The notes under the pieces are model-generated. The model did no database searches, was not told the DNA's origin, and saw only the letters and a program-made list of their open reading frames with translations. A DNA stretch of 64,000 nucleotides from a virus (Duplodnaviria; Caudoviricetes), in IMG/VR virus record IMGVR_UViG_3300018068_000002, positions 21,423-85,422 of that record. One strand, written 5' to 3'. Shown here in pieces: positions 41,265 to 51,002 of the stretch; within the stretch, counting starts at the first letter, position 1; the number at the start of each line of letters is the position of its first letter. The translations under genes were made by a program, and so were the position numbers.

Positions 41265-41643
41265 CTGAATTAACCAACCTTTCTAACCATTCTATTGTCC
41301 CTTCCTTACAAATACCATCATTAAAATCTTTTGGACATAGAGAAGTTTGATAATAGTTACAGCATTCACAATTTAGAACTTTATATAAGAGATCTTTTGA
41401 GAGTTTTCTAATAATATCTTCATTAGTTTTAAGTGGTTTTATTAAGAAACTATCTCCCCACCAACTAACTCCTCCATCTATATCTATTCTATAGGGAACA
41501 TTGTCTCTAGGATCTTCACAAACATAAGTAATAATCGCAGATTTCCCACAAAACTTATTTTTATCTTCAGAACGACCAAATTTTTTTAAGGTTTCAAGAT
41601 CAGGTATAATTACTTTATCACCAGCTTTAAAATTTCTAGACAT
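41251..41643 (-). CDS. SH3/KOW-like + Cys-rich protein, array member 3
   Basis: FKAGDKVIIP...LNCECCNYY..CPKDFN..CKEGTIEWL. Confidence 0.8.
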   Translation of the reverse strand: MSRNFKAGDKVIIPDLETLKKFGRSEDKNKFCGKSAIITYVCEDPRDNVPYRIDIDGGVSWWGDSFLIKPLKTNEDIIRKLSKDLLYKVLNCECCNYYQTSLCPKDFNDGICKEGTIEWLERLVNSDAEI

Positions 41644-42028
41644 TATTAATCTCCTTATTTAACCAAGTAAGTGTTCCATCTTTACAAATTTGTTCATTAA
41701 ATTTAGATGGACAATTATCTGTTTCATAGTTAATACAACAAGAACAATTGAGTACCTTGTAAAGATCCTTGATTTCCATTTTAAAAAGAATATCTATGTT
41801 AGTTTTCTTAATCTCATCAATTAAACCAACAAACATTTTATCTCCCCATACCCAACTACCATTGTCTTCTTTTATTTTATAAGGGTACCTATCACCACTT
41901 AAATTATCATGAACAATTGTAACAACAGTCCCACCAAGATTTCTCATTTCCTTGGTTGTATTTTGACAGGTACAAAGATCAGTAATAGGTTTTAATAAAA
42001 CTCTATCACCAATTTTATATTTCGGCAT
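41636..42028 (-). CDS. SH3/KOW-like + Cys-rich protein, array member 2
   Basis: YKIGDRVLLKP...LNCSCCINY..CPSKFN..CKDGTLTWL. Confidence 0.8.
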   Translation of the reverse strand: MPKYKIGDRVLLKPITDLCTCQNTTKEMRNLGGTVVTIVHDNLSGDRYPYKIKEDNGSWVWGDKMFVGLIDEIKKTNIDILFKMEIKDLYKVLNCSCCINYETDNCPSKFNEQICKDGTLTWLNKEINNV

Positions 42029-42413
42029 TTTGATCAACTTCCTTTTCTAGCCAAGTATTAGTTCCTTCTCTACATACTTCTTCATTAAATTTACTAGGAC
42101 AATTTTTAGTATTATAATGTTCACAACAAGAGCAATTAAGAACTTTAGTCAATTCATCATTAGTCATCTCTAAGAAAATATCTCTATTTGTCTTTTTAAG
42201 ATATTGGTCAAACATAGCAGTATTCCACCACCACTCATTTTTATCTTCAACCATTTTAATACAACTATCATTTTTACTCATAATTGGAAAGGTTATATGA
42301 CCAATTGTCATAATTTTACCAGCCCAAATATTCAGATCATCAACATAATCTGCACATTGCTCTAATTCAGAAACTGGTTTAATTTTAACTTTATCTCCTA
42401 TTTTAGGTTCCAT
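42015..42413 (-). CDS. SH3/KOW-like + Cys-rich protein, array member 1
   Basis: PKIGDKVKIKP...LNCSCCEHY..CPSKFN..CREGTNTWL. Confidence 0.8.
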   Translation of the reverse strand: MEPKIGDKVKIKPVSELEQCADYVDDLNIWAGKIMTIGHITFPIMSKNDSCIKMVEDKNEWWWNTAMFDQYLKKTNRDIFLEMTNDELTKVLNCSCCEHYNTKNCPSKFNEEVCREGTNTWLEKEVDQNAEI

Positions 42414-42558
42414 ATCATATATCTCCCCTCATCTATACTATAAGTATATCATAGTTCTTGATGTTAGTCAAGGATAAGATGCGGCCCTAGCATAAACTTG
42501 ACTTGATTCAGTAATTATGATATACTTATAGTATAGAAAATGAAAGGGGGAAACCACA

Positions 42559-42747
42559 ATGTTAAGAGGAATTGCTATTATAGGAACACCTTTCGGTTAT
42601 TTCGTTCTTAATCCCGAGAGTGGTGAAATGCTCGGTGAATTTAAGACAGAACAAGAAGCACAAAAATTCGTTATGGATTACATAATGAAAGAAGTTATGC
42701 AAGAGGAAGATAAAACAGAAATCGCTCCATTCACTATAAAACTTTAA
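42559..42747 (+). CDS. hypothetical protein
   Basis: 62 aa with own promoter and RBS. Confidence 0.6.
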   Translation: MLRGIAIIGTPFGYFVLNPESGEMLGEFKTEQEAQKFVMDYIMKEVMQEEDKTEIAPFTIKL

Positions 42748-42764
42748 TAAAGAAAGGTTTTATT

Positions 42765-43250
42765 ATGTACTTAATTGAATCAAATCCTCTTATGTATAAT
42801 GACACAACTGATATTTCAGACTACAATTGTGGTGGTTTTGCTCTTCAAAATTTTAAATGGTATCGTCCTATATCATTAAGAAATAGATCTTACTTTGAAG
42901 ACGAAGAAGATTTAGAAATAACTCTTGAAGGTTGCACAGAAGATATTTGTCTTGATACTAAATATACAGATGGAAAACTAATAAAAATTTCTCATTATAG
43001 TGAAGCTCCAATCGGTATTGAGGTTGTTGGTTTTAGAATTGGAACCTATATTGATACAAAAGAAATTTGGTATGATGATTTCCATTTTATTTGGCGGAAT
43101 GAAGATGGTAAATGGTGGCATAAACCAGGATCTTTAGAGATAGAAGAATTTAAAACAGATCCAGATGATTTATGGGATAATCGATATAATGGAGAAATTG
43201 TATGGTTTGCACGTGTACCTGAACACGTTTTATATAGAGAGAGTGCGTAA
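42765..43250 (+). CDS. putative papain-like (Cys-His) enzyme
   Basis: YNCGGFAL, DFHFIWR, WWHKPG. Confidence 0.55.
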   Translation: MYLIESNPLMYNDTTDISDYNCGGFALQNFKWYRPISLRNRSYFEDEEDLEITLEGCTEDICLDTKYTDGKLIKISHYSEAPIGIEVVGFRIGTYIDTKEIWYDDFHFIWRNEDGKWWHKPGSLEIEEFKTDPDDLWDNRYNGEIVWFARVPEHVLYRESA

Positions 43251-43337
43251 GCACTCTCTTATTTTTTATAAAAAAAAGAAGTACTAATCACTTCTCTTCT
43301 CTTTACAAAACGATTCCACCATTCATTATTTCTTGTT

Positions 43338-43661
43338 TTAGTTATTCCATTGCATATTGGCAATTTCTTTTGCTAGTTTTTCTTTTTCGATTCCTTTTGC
43401 ATTCTTATATTTTACCAAGATACTATTATAGTTATAACACGGTGCATCACCAAAAACTTTATTGGAGATCCAAGTTAAACAATACTTGCAATTTCTTCTA
43501 GCATCTTCACAAGCATAACAAAAATTATGAGGGACTGATGAACAAATATTATTCTTAAAAAAGTCTTCATTACTTTTATCTGGATTATCAGCTAACCAAT
43601 TCCACAAAATTTTATGAGCTTCTTTGTTTGTATATTGTTTTCCATTAATTGTGTTCATCAT
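43338..43661 (-). CDS. Cys-containing hypothetical protein
   Basis: HKILWNWLA...CYAC...CKYC. Confidence 0.6.
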   Translation of the reverse strand: MMNTINGKQYTNKEAHKILWNWLADNPDKSNEDFFKNNICSSVPHNFCYACEDARRNCKYCLTWISNKVFGDAPCYNYNSILVKYKNAKGIEKEKLAKEIANMQWNN

Positions 43662-43783
43662 TCTATATTCCTGCTTTACAATATATTCTTAATTCCATTT
43701 ATTTTTTCCAATTATGAACCCTGTTAATACAACCAAACACGCTATAGAAAAGCCCACAATGTATCCTATGATAAATGCAAGAA

Positions 43784-43978
43784 TCATTTCTCTACCTCTC
43801 TATATTTCTGGTCGCATTGTGGACAATAATTATGCTCAAGCTGAATAGAATATAATTCTTGCTTTGAAGATGTACTCCACGGTTTCCTGCCAAACATTGG
43901 GACATCAATATATGGATAAACTTTTTGATTACAAAGTATTTCTTTTTTGCTTGTACAATTACATGCAGATACTTTCAT
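43784..43978 (-). CDS. small Zn-ribbon protein
   Basis: Ends NYCPQC. Confidence 0.55.
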   Translation of the reverse strand: MKVSACNCTSKKEILCNQKVYPYIDVPMFGRKPWSTSSKQELYSIQLEHNYCPQCDQKYREVEK

Positions 43979-44337
43979 TCCTTTACCTCCGGTTTCTTAG
44001 GCATTCTTTTCCAATGTGTGTACTTGCTTGGATAAACAGCAGCATCATACCAACACCATGTCCGGATTCGTTTGCCGTCAAATATTTGTACATAGCCATC
44101 ATCATCAGCATCTGTATCAGTCGGAGTTCTATCACTCACCGGAATCCAACGCATCGCTTCAAGTGCATCGATTACAAATTCAAGCGCCAAATCAAATTCA
44201 TTACTTGTTTTCACTTCTTTACAGCAACCGCATCTTTTTAATCCTATGCTCAAATGATTCTCAACACAAGACAATACCTTGATCACTTTTTCAATCTTCA
44301 TTTCTCTACCTTCTGCTTTAGCCACATTAAAGCACAA
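43975..44337 (-). CDS. DUF551-like protein
   Basis: WIPVSDRTP...YTHWKRMPKKP. Confidence 0.65.
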   Translation of the reverse strand: MCFNVAKAEGREMKIEKVIKVLSCVENHLSIGLKRCGCCKEVKTSNEFDLALEFVIDALEAMRWIPVSDRTPTDTDADDDGYVQIFDGKRIRTWCWYDAAVYPSKYTHWKRMPKKPEVKE

Positions 44338-44370
44338 TCAATGCAATCTTGGCTCTTTTCTATTAGTTTA

Positions 44371-44562
44371 TCATTTATTTCCGCTTAATTCGTGTTTTAT
44401 TTGAATTATTTCTTTGCTTACGTTTCTTAAAATTCTTTTATAGCATTTTGGACAAAACTGTAAACGATCCCCATATTTGTCTAAGAGAATTTCCTTTGCA
44501 TCTTCCATCTGTTTTCCACACGCATCACATTGATACACAATATTAAATGCCATATCATTCAA
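44371..44562 (-). CDS. small Zn-ribbon protein
   Basis: CDAC...CPKC. Confidence 0.55.
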   Translation of the reverse strand: MNDMAFNIVYQCDACGKQMEDAKEILLDKYGDRLQFCPKCYKRILRNVSKEIIQIKHELSGNK

Positions 44563-44583
44563 CCTCTTTCTTCAACCACTCTG

Positions 44584-44775
44584 CTATCTGTGATTCCCCC
44601 CAAGAACAATGTGTTCATCACAATTCCAATTATTAAGAAATTCTTTCAACTCATCATCAGACATCGACCTGATCCGGTCTGCGTTGGTTGGTTTAGAACA
44701 ATTTCCACATTCTCCATTAGGACGATACATTGGCCCGTATAAAATCCCACATTTAGTGCAAATAAATAAACTCAT
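44584..44775 (-). CDS. small Zn-ribbon protein with TNADRIRSMS motif
   Basis: CTKC..CGNC, PTNADRIRSMSDDELKEFL. Confidence 0.6.
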   Translation of the reverse strand: MSLFICTKCGILYGPMYRPNGECGNCSKPTNADRIRSMSDDELKEFLNNWNCDEHIVLGGNHR

Positions 44776-44892
44776 TATTTATCCACCTCCATAGATCTCA
44801 TGCTCTACTTTACCAGCAATTGCATAGACTTTAAATTTCTTCATATAAATTCTCCCTTTATCATTATACTATAGTTTCAAATTGAAGTCAAG

Positions 44893-45216
44893 TTATTTAT
44901 CTTTCATTATCTCGTCAAAGGCCGCTTTAATATCATCTTTAGTTTCTTTAAAGATTGCGCGCTCAACATTGAGATATTCGATTAGTTCATCAAAATAGAC
45001 TCTGAAATTTTTTCTTTCATACCTTTGAAAGTTGTGAAGAATAACAATACAATTCTTAAAATCATATTCTTTTTCTAAGATAGTTTTAATGTAATTTGCT
45101 GTTTCTTCAACTCGTTCCATATTATATATTCGATATTTAGATTGAATGTTTATCTGTCCATTCCCACTATTATTATCAGCTTTATAAGCATAACTAACAA
45201 AATATTTATATTTCAT
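44893..45216 (-). CDS. hypothetical protein
   Basis: 107 aa ORF with RBS. Confidence 0.6.
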   Translation of the reverse strand: MKYKYFVSYAYKADNNSGNGQINIQSKYRIYNMERVEETANYIKTILEKEYDFKNCIVILHNFQRYERKNFRVYFDELIEYLNVERAIFKETKDDIKAAFDEIMKDK

Positions 45217-45283
45217 TATTCTTCACCCTTCAATTTTTTCAATAATAATAATCTATTAACATCTTTTTTTGTGTTGTTTTCAT

Positions 45284-45694
45284 TTAATCTACCCACTTAC
45301 AAATATTTTTTGCTTTAGAAGCATCAAAAATCCAAGCACCAAAGCGATGTTCAACACCAGTTGCCGCATCAGTAACAACAGGATCAGTATAAACAGAGCT
45401 ATCAATACGAACAATTGTAAAGATACGACCACAGAACTCAAACTTCCGACCAACACAATTCTTATCAAAATTATAAGTAGGAACAATTTTCTTAATAGAA
45501 ACTTCTGCTGCGAATTTCTTAATAGTTCCAGTATTCATATTACGGGCTTCAATAGGGAGAGTACGAGCACGAGGATTGATACCTACGATTTCATACTTAA
45601 TAGAACCAACCCTAAATTCCATACTAAAAGATTCGGGGTCAATACCGAACTTAGGACAAACTTTTGCATATTCTTCTTTAGTCATCGTAGTCAC
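45284..45694 (-). CDS. hypothetical protein, paralog of 45691..46068
   Basis: KYEIVGINPRARTLPI vs KYIIIGIAPKARTYPI. Confidence 0.7.
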   Translation of the reverse strand: MTTMTKEEYAKVCPKFGIDPESFSMEFRVGSIKYEIVGINPRARTLPIEARNMNTGTIKKFAAEVSIKKIVPTYNFDKNCVGRKFEFCGRIFTIVRIDSSVYTDPVVTDAATGVEHRFGAWIFDASKAKNICKWVD

Positions 45695-46068
45695 ACTCCT
45701 TTAAAAATTGTCTTTAAAACAATGGCTGGAAACTTATAAGTCTTGCCATCTTCCCCTTTGGCAACAATAGGATAAGTTCTTGCTTTGGGCGCAATTCCAA
45801 TAATAATATATTTCATATTTTCAAAAGAAAATACTTGACCAAAGGTATTAGGATTAATACCAAATTTCTTAGCATAGGTTCTGTATTCAAGTTCTGCACC
45901 AGAAATACCTTGCTTTGTTTCAAGATAGGTTGTTTTGAGAGTTGTATGGAAACCAGCATCATTATAAGTAATACCACCAAGTTTTGCTGTAAATCCATAT
46001 TTTTCACCAATTTTATTAATGGCATTTTGAATTTCCTGAGTAGCATTCTTCAATTCATTTGTATCCAT
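45691..46068 (-). CDS. hypothetical protein, paralog of 45284..45694
   Basis: EYRTYAKKFGINP vs EYAKVCPKFGIDP; own promoter upstream. Confidence 0.7.
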   Translation of the reverse strand: MDTNELKNATQEIQNAINKIGEKYGFTAKLGGITYNDAGFHTTLKTTYLETKQGISGAELEYRTYAKKFGINPNTFGQVFSFENMKYIIIGIAPKARTYPIVAKGEDGKTYKFPAIVLKTIFKGV

Positions 46069-46145
46069 ATTATTCCCTCACTTTCTATAATATAATTATA
46101 ACACAAAAAGAGGGTTTTGTCAACCCTCTTATTGCTTATTCAATA

Positions 46146-46493
46146 TCAATAATCAACTTCTTCTAAAGGTACTTCAAGAATTTTTAAGACTTCTTGTTGC
46201 GCTTGATCATAACCAGCAAAATATGCTTTTGCAAAATCTTCATGTGGAAAAGTATTTTTAGCCCAATCTTCAAGATATTCAAGTTTGGTTTTTAATGTGA
46301 GAATTTCTATAATAATCTCTTTCCAGTGATTGCGTGCAAACGAAACAAAAACTGCATTAGCAGCGCTTTCCATTTCAGCAACAACATAATCACCATCAGC
46401 TATTACTCCTGTTCCACTATAATTATTATATGAAGTCCATTCATCACCACTAACTAGTCTTTCCAATGTTTTTGCCTCATCAACGTTTAGCAT
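46146..46493 (-). CDS. hypothetical protein (Ead/Ea22-like motif)
   Basis: NAVFVSFARN segment resembles the common phage A.FIA.AR motif. Confidence 0.55.
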   Translation of the reverse strand: MLNVDEAKTLERLVSGDEWTSYNNYSGTGVIADGDYVVAEMESAANAVFVSFARNHWKEIIIEILTLKTKLEYLEDWAKNTFPHEDFAKAYFAGYDQAQQEVLKILEVPLEEVDY

Positions 46494-46646
46494 TCTTTGT
46501 TAATTCCTCTAAATTTTTAATTATCTCTCCTAAATATATAAGTAAAGTTACAAATAATGATAAATAACCACGCTCTATCCCTAAAGTTATTTTAAAAAGG
46601 GTATATAAAAATATTGCAATAATTGGGAAAATTAAAGACCAAAGCA

Positions 46647-47258
46647 TTATTCTTCTCCTTCATCCTCTTCTTCATCATCAAAACTTTCATCTTCATCGTA
46701 TGCATCATCATAAAGCTCCGCTTCTCTCAAAAGAGGAAGTGGTAAAACTTCAGGATTAGAAAAATCATAAGTTCTCTTATCAAAAGAGGCTCCCCAATAA
46801 CATCCCTCAGCCTCAATTGTATTTTCTTTTGGATCATAACAATCCCAATTTGTAGGACACCAACCCCATCCTTTCATAGCTTCATTGGGTAAGTAGTGAT
46901 TTGTAATTTCATCATCAAGATTCACAATCGTATAACCTTGATAATCAAATCCGCAAATAAAATATCTTTTACCATTGGAATGATTAACAAAACTCTGAGG
47001 ATATGCAGAATAGTTGCGCCAAATATCTGCAATGACGTTCCCATTCTTTTTTATTAAATATCTTGATATAGCAAAAAATCCACTTTCTTTATAAGAAGTA
47101 ATTTCAATCTCAATATCTTTTAAATACTCGGGCCAATCAGTGTGCCAATTAACAATTTCTCCATTACCTCGTGATAATCCTGCTTCTTTAACTTTTTCAT
47201 TTCTATTAATAATTTGATCACGAAAATCTTCACTATCTAACCATAAAATTTCTTTCAT
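46647..47258 (-). CDS. hypothetical protein with acidic tail
   Basis: 203 aa coupled ORF. Confidence 0.65.
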   Translation of the reverse strand: MKEILWLDSEDFRDQIINRNEKVKEAGLSRGNGEIVNWHTDWPEYLKDIEIEITSYKESGFFAISRYLIKKNGNVIADIWRNYSAYPQSFVNHSNGKRYFICGFDYQGYTIVNLDDEITNHYLPNEAMKGWGWCPTNWDCYDPKENTIEAEGCYWGASFDKRTYDFSNPEVLPLPLLREAELYDDAYDEDESFDDEEEDEGEE

Positions 47259-47728
47259 TCTTCTTCATCCTCATCACTTTCTTCATCACAATAAAACTCT
47301 GGTTCATTATCACTTAAAAATTTATCTATCTCATTATTAATTTCTTCTGAAAGAATCATTCTTCGAGTATAATCCGTACACGAAATAATACCACTGCCAG
47401 AAGGATTTTTTTCTCCAATCTCTATCTGAAGAGGTTGAGTATAAACATGAATATCTTTATAAACAATATATGGCATTGCGTACATTACTGCGTCCGCGCA
47501 ACAACCACAACTTGATCTATATTCAATATCAAATTCACTCGTTACCTTATTAATTTTTGAACTCGTTAAAAATCCTTTATCCCATCTAGTTGAACTCTCT
47601 TCTAAATCTGGATAAATTTCTAAAAGTTCTAGTTTTGCCTGTTCAATTGCTAAATTATTTTCATATTTCTTTTTTAAATGTTCATTCATTATTCTCTTAA
47701 CAACCTTTCTGCTAATTTTAATTTCCAT
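47255..47728 (-). CDS. hypothetical protein (SCGCC motif, acidic tail)
   Basis: 157 aa coupled ORF. Confidence 0.65.
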   Translation of the reverse strand: MEIKISRKVVKRIMNEHLKKKYENNLAIEQAKLELLEIYPDLEESSTRWDKGFLTSSKINKVTSEFDIEYRSSCGCCADAVMYAMPYIVYKDIHVYTQPLQIEIGEKNPSGSGIISCTDYTRRMILSEEINNEIDKFLSDNEPEFYCDEESDEDEEE

Positions 47729-47826
47729 ACATCAAAACACAATGGCCTTTTACCATTGTTTCTTCTTTTTACTGCTCTATCGTAAACTCCATTAAGAAGA
47801 AATCTAATAAATAATTGTTTAAGCAT

Positions 47827-48045
47827 CTAATCATCATCCTTAATAAAGGCGGCCGCACCAACAATTACATACTCGTCATGTTTTAATCTAATATATGTGA
47901 TTCCCATAAGTGGAAGATTACAATATGCCTGAACTCCCCACTTAGCGACTTTCTTAACAATCATTAGAGTAAGTCCCCACTCATGTTCTGGAACTACTTG
48001 AATAATATCTCCAATTTCAATAGGGAATTCAATATTTTCACTCAT
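47827..48045 (-). CDS. hypothetical protein
   Basis: 72 aa, own promoter. Confidence 0.6.
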   Translation of the reverse strand: MSENIEFPIEIGDIIQVVPEHEWGLTLMIVKKVAKWGVQAYCNLPLMGITYIRLKHDEYVIVGAAAFIKDDD

Positions 48046-48099
48046 AATAATCTCCTTTTTTACCGTATAATATAATTATAGCACAAAAAGAGAAGAATG

Positions 48100-48390
48100 T
48101 CAACTCTTCTCTTCTGTGACTATTTCGTATTCTTTCTCAAAATTTTCTTGATCAGCAATAAAAAGCATTCCATCGCTATCTCTTACAATCCAATCTCCTT
48201 CTTTTACAGTTTTATAAGAAAATTTAAAATCTGAATCTTTATTTCGAATATGCGCCCAAGACTTCCCACCAATACAATTAGCAACTCCAAAATTTAATAA
48301 ATCTTCTTTACAAAAATCAAGGAGTTCTTTTGGATTTGCTACATTAAATTTAAATGCTTCAACTACTTTATCTCTATTTTTTATTTTCAT
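48100..48390 (-). CDS. conserved phage protein
   Basis: VEAFKF...VKEGDWIVRD..G.LF...FEKEYE. Confidence 0.65.
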   Translation of the reverse strand: MKIKNRDKVVEAFKFNVANPKELLDFCKEDLLNFGVANCIGGKSWAHIRNKDSDFKFSYKTVKEGDWIVRDSDGMLFIADQENFEKEYEIVTEEKS

Positions 48391-48391
48391 A

Positions 48392-49171
48392 TTATACCTC
48401 CAATACAAACATTCTATTTTCTACAATTTGTTCTGCGTTTCTGTTTCCCCATTCAAAATTGTAACCAACAGGGGAGCAAATATAATGAGTATTTCCAATT
48501 ACTTTATCTTTTGTAAAATGAGTATGACCAAAGATTGAATAAGTTGGAGCTACTTCTTTAATGAATTTAGAAAGATCTTCTGAACCAAAGAAAGGATTTG
48601 TATGAATAAATTCCATGTTTTGTTCAAGAAGTTCATAATGCGGAACCATGTGAGTCATAATAATTTTATTTTTAACTTCACAAATATCAAGAAGTTGATT
48701 CTGGATTCTCATTTTTCTAATAGATTCTTGACAAAACCATTCAGCTCCACCATCATCAGGCCATACTATAAACCTATGGTCAGGCCAAATTGATCCGTTT
48801 CCATAGACTTTACCTTTTTTCAATTGTCCAATTGAACCAAATTTATGCCAGGTATAATTATACCAACCAGTGTCAGCGATAATCCCCCAATCTTCAAAGA
48901 TAATAGGAAATCCTGACATTTCATCACGATCTTCATGAAATCCTTTTTCTAAAGTATAATAATCATGATTACCATAAATTGCGTAAACTGATAGACCTTT
49001 ATTCCAAAGTCTATTCATAAATTCTTTAGTGGTTTTTGTTGAATTGGAAATATCACCAGCAATCATTAGAGTTGACAAATTATATTTTTTGTATGTGTTA
49101 ATAATTGCATTCTCAATATCATATTCTCTATTGTAATCAATGTGAAGATCACTAGTAAATCCAATTTTCAT
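48392..49171 (-). CDS. calcineurin-like metallophosphoesterase
   Basis: SDLH, AGD, GNHD, THMVP, FGHTH. Confidence 0.9.
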   Translation of the reverse strand: MKIGFTSDLHIDYNREYDIENAIINTYKKYNLSTLMIAGDISNSTKTTKEFMNRLWNKGLSVYAIYGNHDYYTLEKGFHEDRDEMSGFPIIFEDWGIIADTGWYNYTWHKFGSIGQLKKGKVYGNGSIWPDHRFIVWPDDGGAEWFCQESIRKMRIQNQLLDICEVKNKIIMTHMVPHYELLEQNMEFIHTNPFFGSEDLSKFIKEVAPTYSIFGHTHFTKDKVIGNTHYICSPVGYNFEWGNRNAEQIVENRMFVLEV

Positions 49172-49490
49172 AATATTTCTCCTTATCCAAAAAATAAATT
49201 ATGTAATGCTAAAGCAACAATAAATATTGAAATTGCTGGATATAGAAATGGAAATAGGACTCCTATTATTGCCAGTCCAATCATTGTTTTTATTTGCCAT
49301 GATAATTTTCTCATTTTATATATTCTTCCCAATCTCTTTCCATTCTTCTTTGCTTTTGTCTGTTATTTGTCTCCATGAAATGTTGTAATATCCATGCTTG
49401 TTCCCATTGTTCTTTTGTTAGTTTTAGTTTTATTTGTACATCACTAATAGATGGCACACCTATCGTAACATTTTTTACTTCTTCTTCCAT

Positions 49491-49703
49491 TTATCCTCCG
49501 AGCGGCTTGCCGCAATATATGCAGACTCTTAATTTTTCTGAACATTTGTGACAAAGAGTTTCTTGTGCCAAAGAGTAATTAGCAGAAACTTCTTTACAAC
49601 AACAACAAGTGAAAAATTTAATTCCTTTCTTTATGGAAGATCCATCTTTGTTAAAATAAAGATCTATACATTTCTGATCAATGTTAGATATAAATTTTTT
49701 CAC
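49491..49703 (-). CDS. small Cys-rich protein
   Basis: CCCC, CHKC, CIYC. Confidence 0.55.
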   Translation of the reverse strand: MKKFISNIDQKCIDLYFNKDGSSIKKGIKFFTCCCCKEVSANYSLAQETLCHKCSEKLRVCIYCGKPLGG

Positions 49704-49752
49704 TTTCTTTTACTCCTCTTAATTTACTTATACTTATATTTTACCACCCTTA

Positions 49753-49998
49753 TTAAGGGTTGTCAAGATCATGTTCTTTAATATATTCTTCAAGAATATC
49801 TCCTGTTATAGAACTAAAGTCTTCTTTCACTTTACTTTTAATTGGAGTAACTTTTGTTTGTGCAATACAAGAATATTCTTTTTTTTCTAAAGCTTCAACT
49901 CTATCCTTTAATTTAAATAACTCTTTTTCCAATTCTGAGTTTTCTACAATCAATCTTGCAAGTTGTTCAGCAACGACTGTTTCTAATCTTGTTAACAT
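49753..49998 (-). CDS. small coiled-coil protein
   Basis: 81 aa heptad pattern. Confidence 0.6.
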   Translation of the reverse strand: MLTRLETVVAEQLARLIVENSELEKELFKLKDRVEALEKKEYSCIAQTKVTPIKSKVKEDFSSITGDILEEYIKEHDLDNP

Positions 49999-50492
49999 TT
50001 ATCTACCTCATTTATTAATAAATTATTTTTTAACTTTATTTCAAATGCATGAACATGATGAGGCTGAAGACCTAAAGATGTTTTAGTTTTTAGTAAATGC
50101 TTCATTACTGGACCTATATCTCTATCATCATCTAAAATAACAAAATTTTCTACTTCTGGATGCCTACAAATCCAGTCTTCAATCTCATGTCCACGGCATC
50201 TTTCATTATTTGAATATACTCTAAAATCTGGAGTAATATCAAATATTTCATGACCAATTGACTCTAATGCTTTTCCTAGTGTTTTTAAATCTGAATCATA
50301 ATGTCTCCAACTTGAAGATACTACAATTTTACAGTTAAATTTTTCAAGAATTTGCTGCAAACTTTCTAATGCTGTTTTTGAAAAAGCTTCATTTCTAAAA
50401 CCTTTAATAAAAACAATATCATTTACATCTTTTCTTAACCAGCAATTATCATTATTTAAAACACCATCAACATCTAAAAATAATATATTCAT
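49992..50492 (-). CDS. HAD phosphatase, Swiss-army-knife RNA-repair-like (HAD_SAK_2)
   Basis: FLDVDGVLN, VSSSWR, RGHEIEDW, FVILDDD. Confidence 0.85.
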   Translation of the reverse strand: MNILFLDVDGVLNNDNCWLRKDVNDIVFIKGFRNEAFSKTALESLQQILEKFNCKIVVSSSWRHYDSDLKTLGKALESIGHEIFDITPDFRVYSNNERCRGHEIEDWICRHPEVENFVILDDDRDIGPVMKHLLKTKTSLGLQPHHVHAFEIKLKNNLLINEVDKC

Positions 50493-50677
50493 AAAACCTC
50501 TTTTATATTTTTACTCTATTATAATTATAACAAAATTAGAGATAATTGTCAATCTATTGACAACTATTAAAAGATATGATATTTATTCATTATTATATAC
50601 GCGCGCGAGAAGTCAAAATATTGACTTAAGTTTAAAGATATAGTATAATAATATTATAAAAACAAAAGGAGAAAAAG

Positions 50678-50989
50678 ATGTCAAATATATTTGATCGAGA
50701 TTTTGAAAGTGAAGTTAAGAAAATGAGAAAATTGAAAGGTAGATATAATTTACCGGAAGATTTTGACACATGGGATTCTTTTGAAAAAATTATGTTGATT
50801 TCTATTTTCCATTGTGAAATGCGAAAAATGCTTATTGTGAAGAATAGAATTTTCTTTACTAGCCTCGCATTATTCGGTTCAATTACATCCTTTATTTCTC
50901 TCCCTTGGGGAATTTGGAATGCTGTTCTTGCAACCTTTATGGGTTATTTAAATGAAAAAAAGATTGTTGACACCTTCGCAAAAATGTAG
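50678..50989 (+). CDS. small membrane protein
   Basis: Two hydrophobic segments. Confidence 0.6.
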   Translation: MSNIFDRDFESEVKKMRKLKGRYNLPEDFDTWDSFEKIMLISIFHCEMRKMLIVKNRIFFTSLALFGSITSFISLPWGIWNAVLATFMGYLNEKKIVDTFAKM

Positions 50990-51002
50990 TATAATTATAA
51001 AT

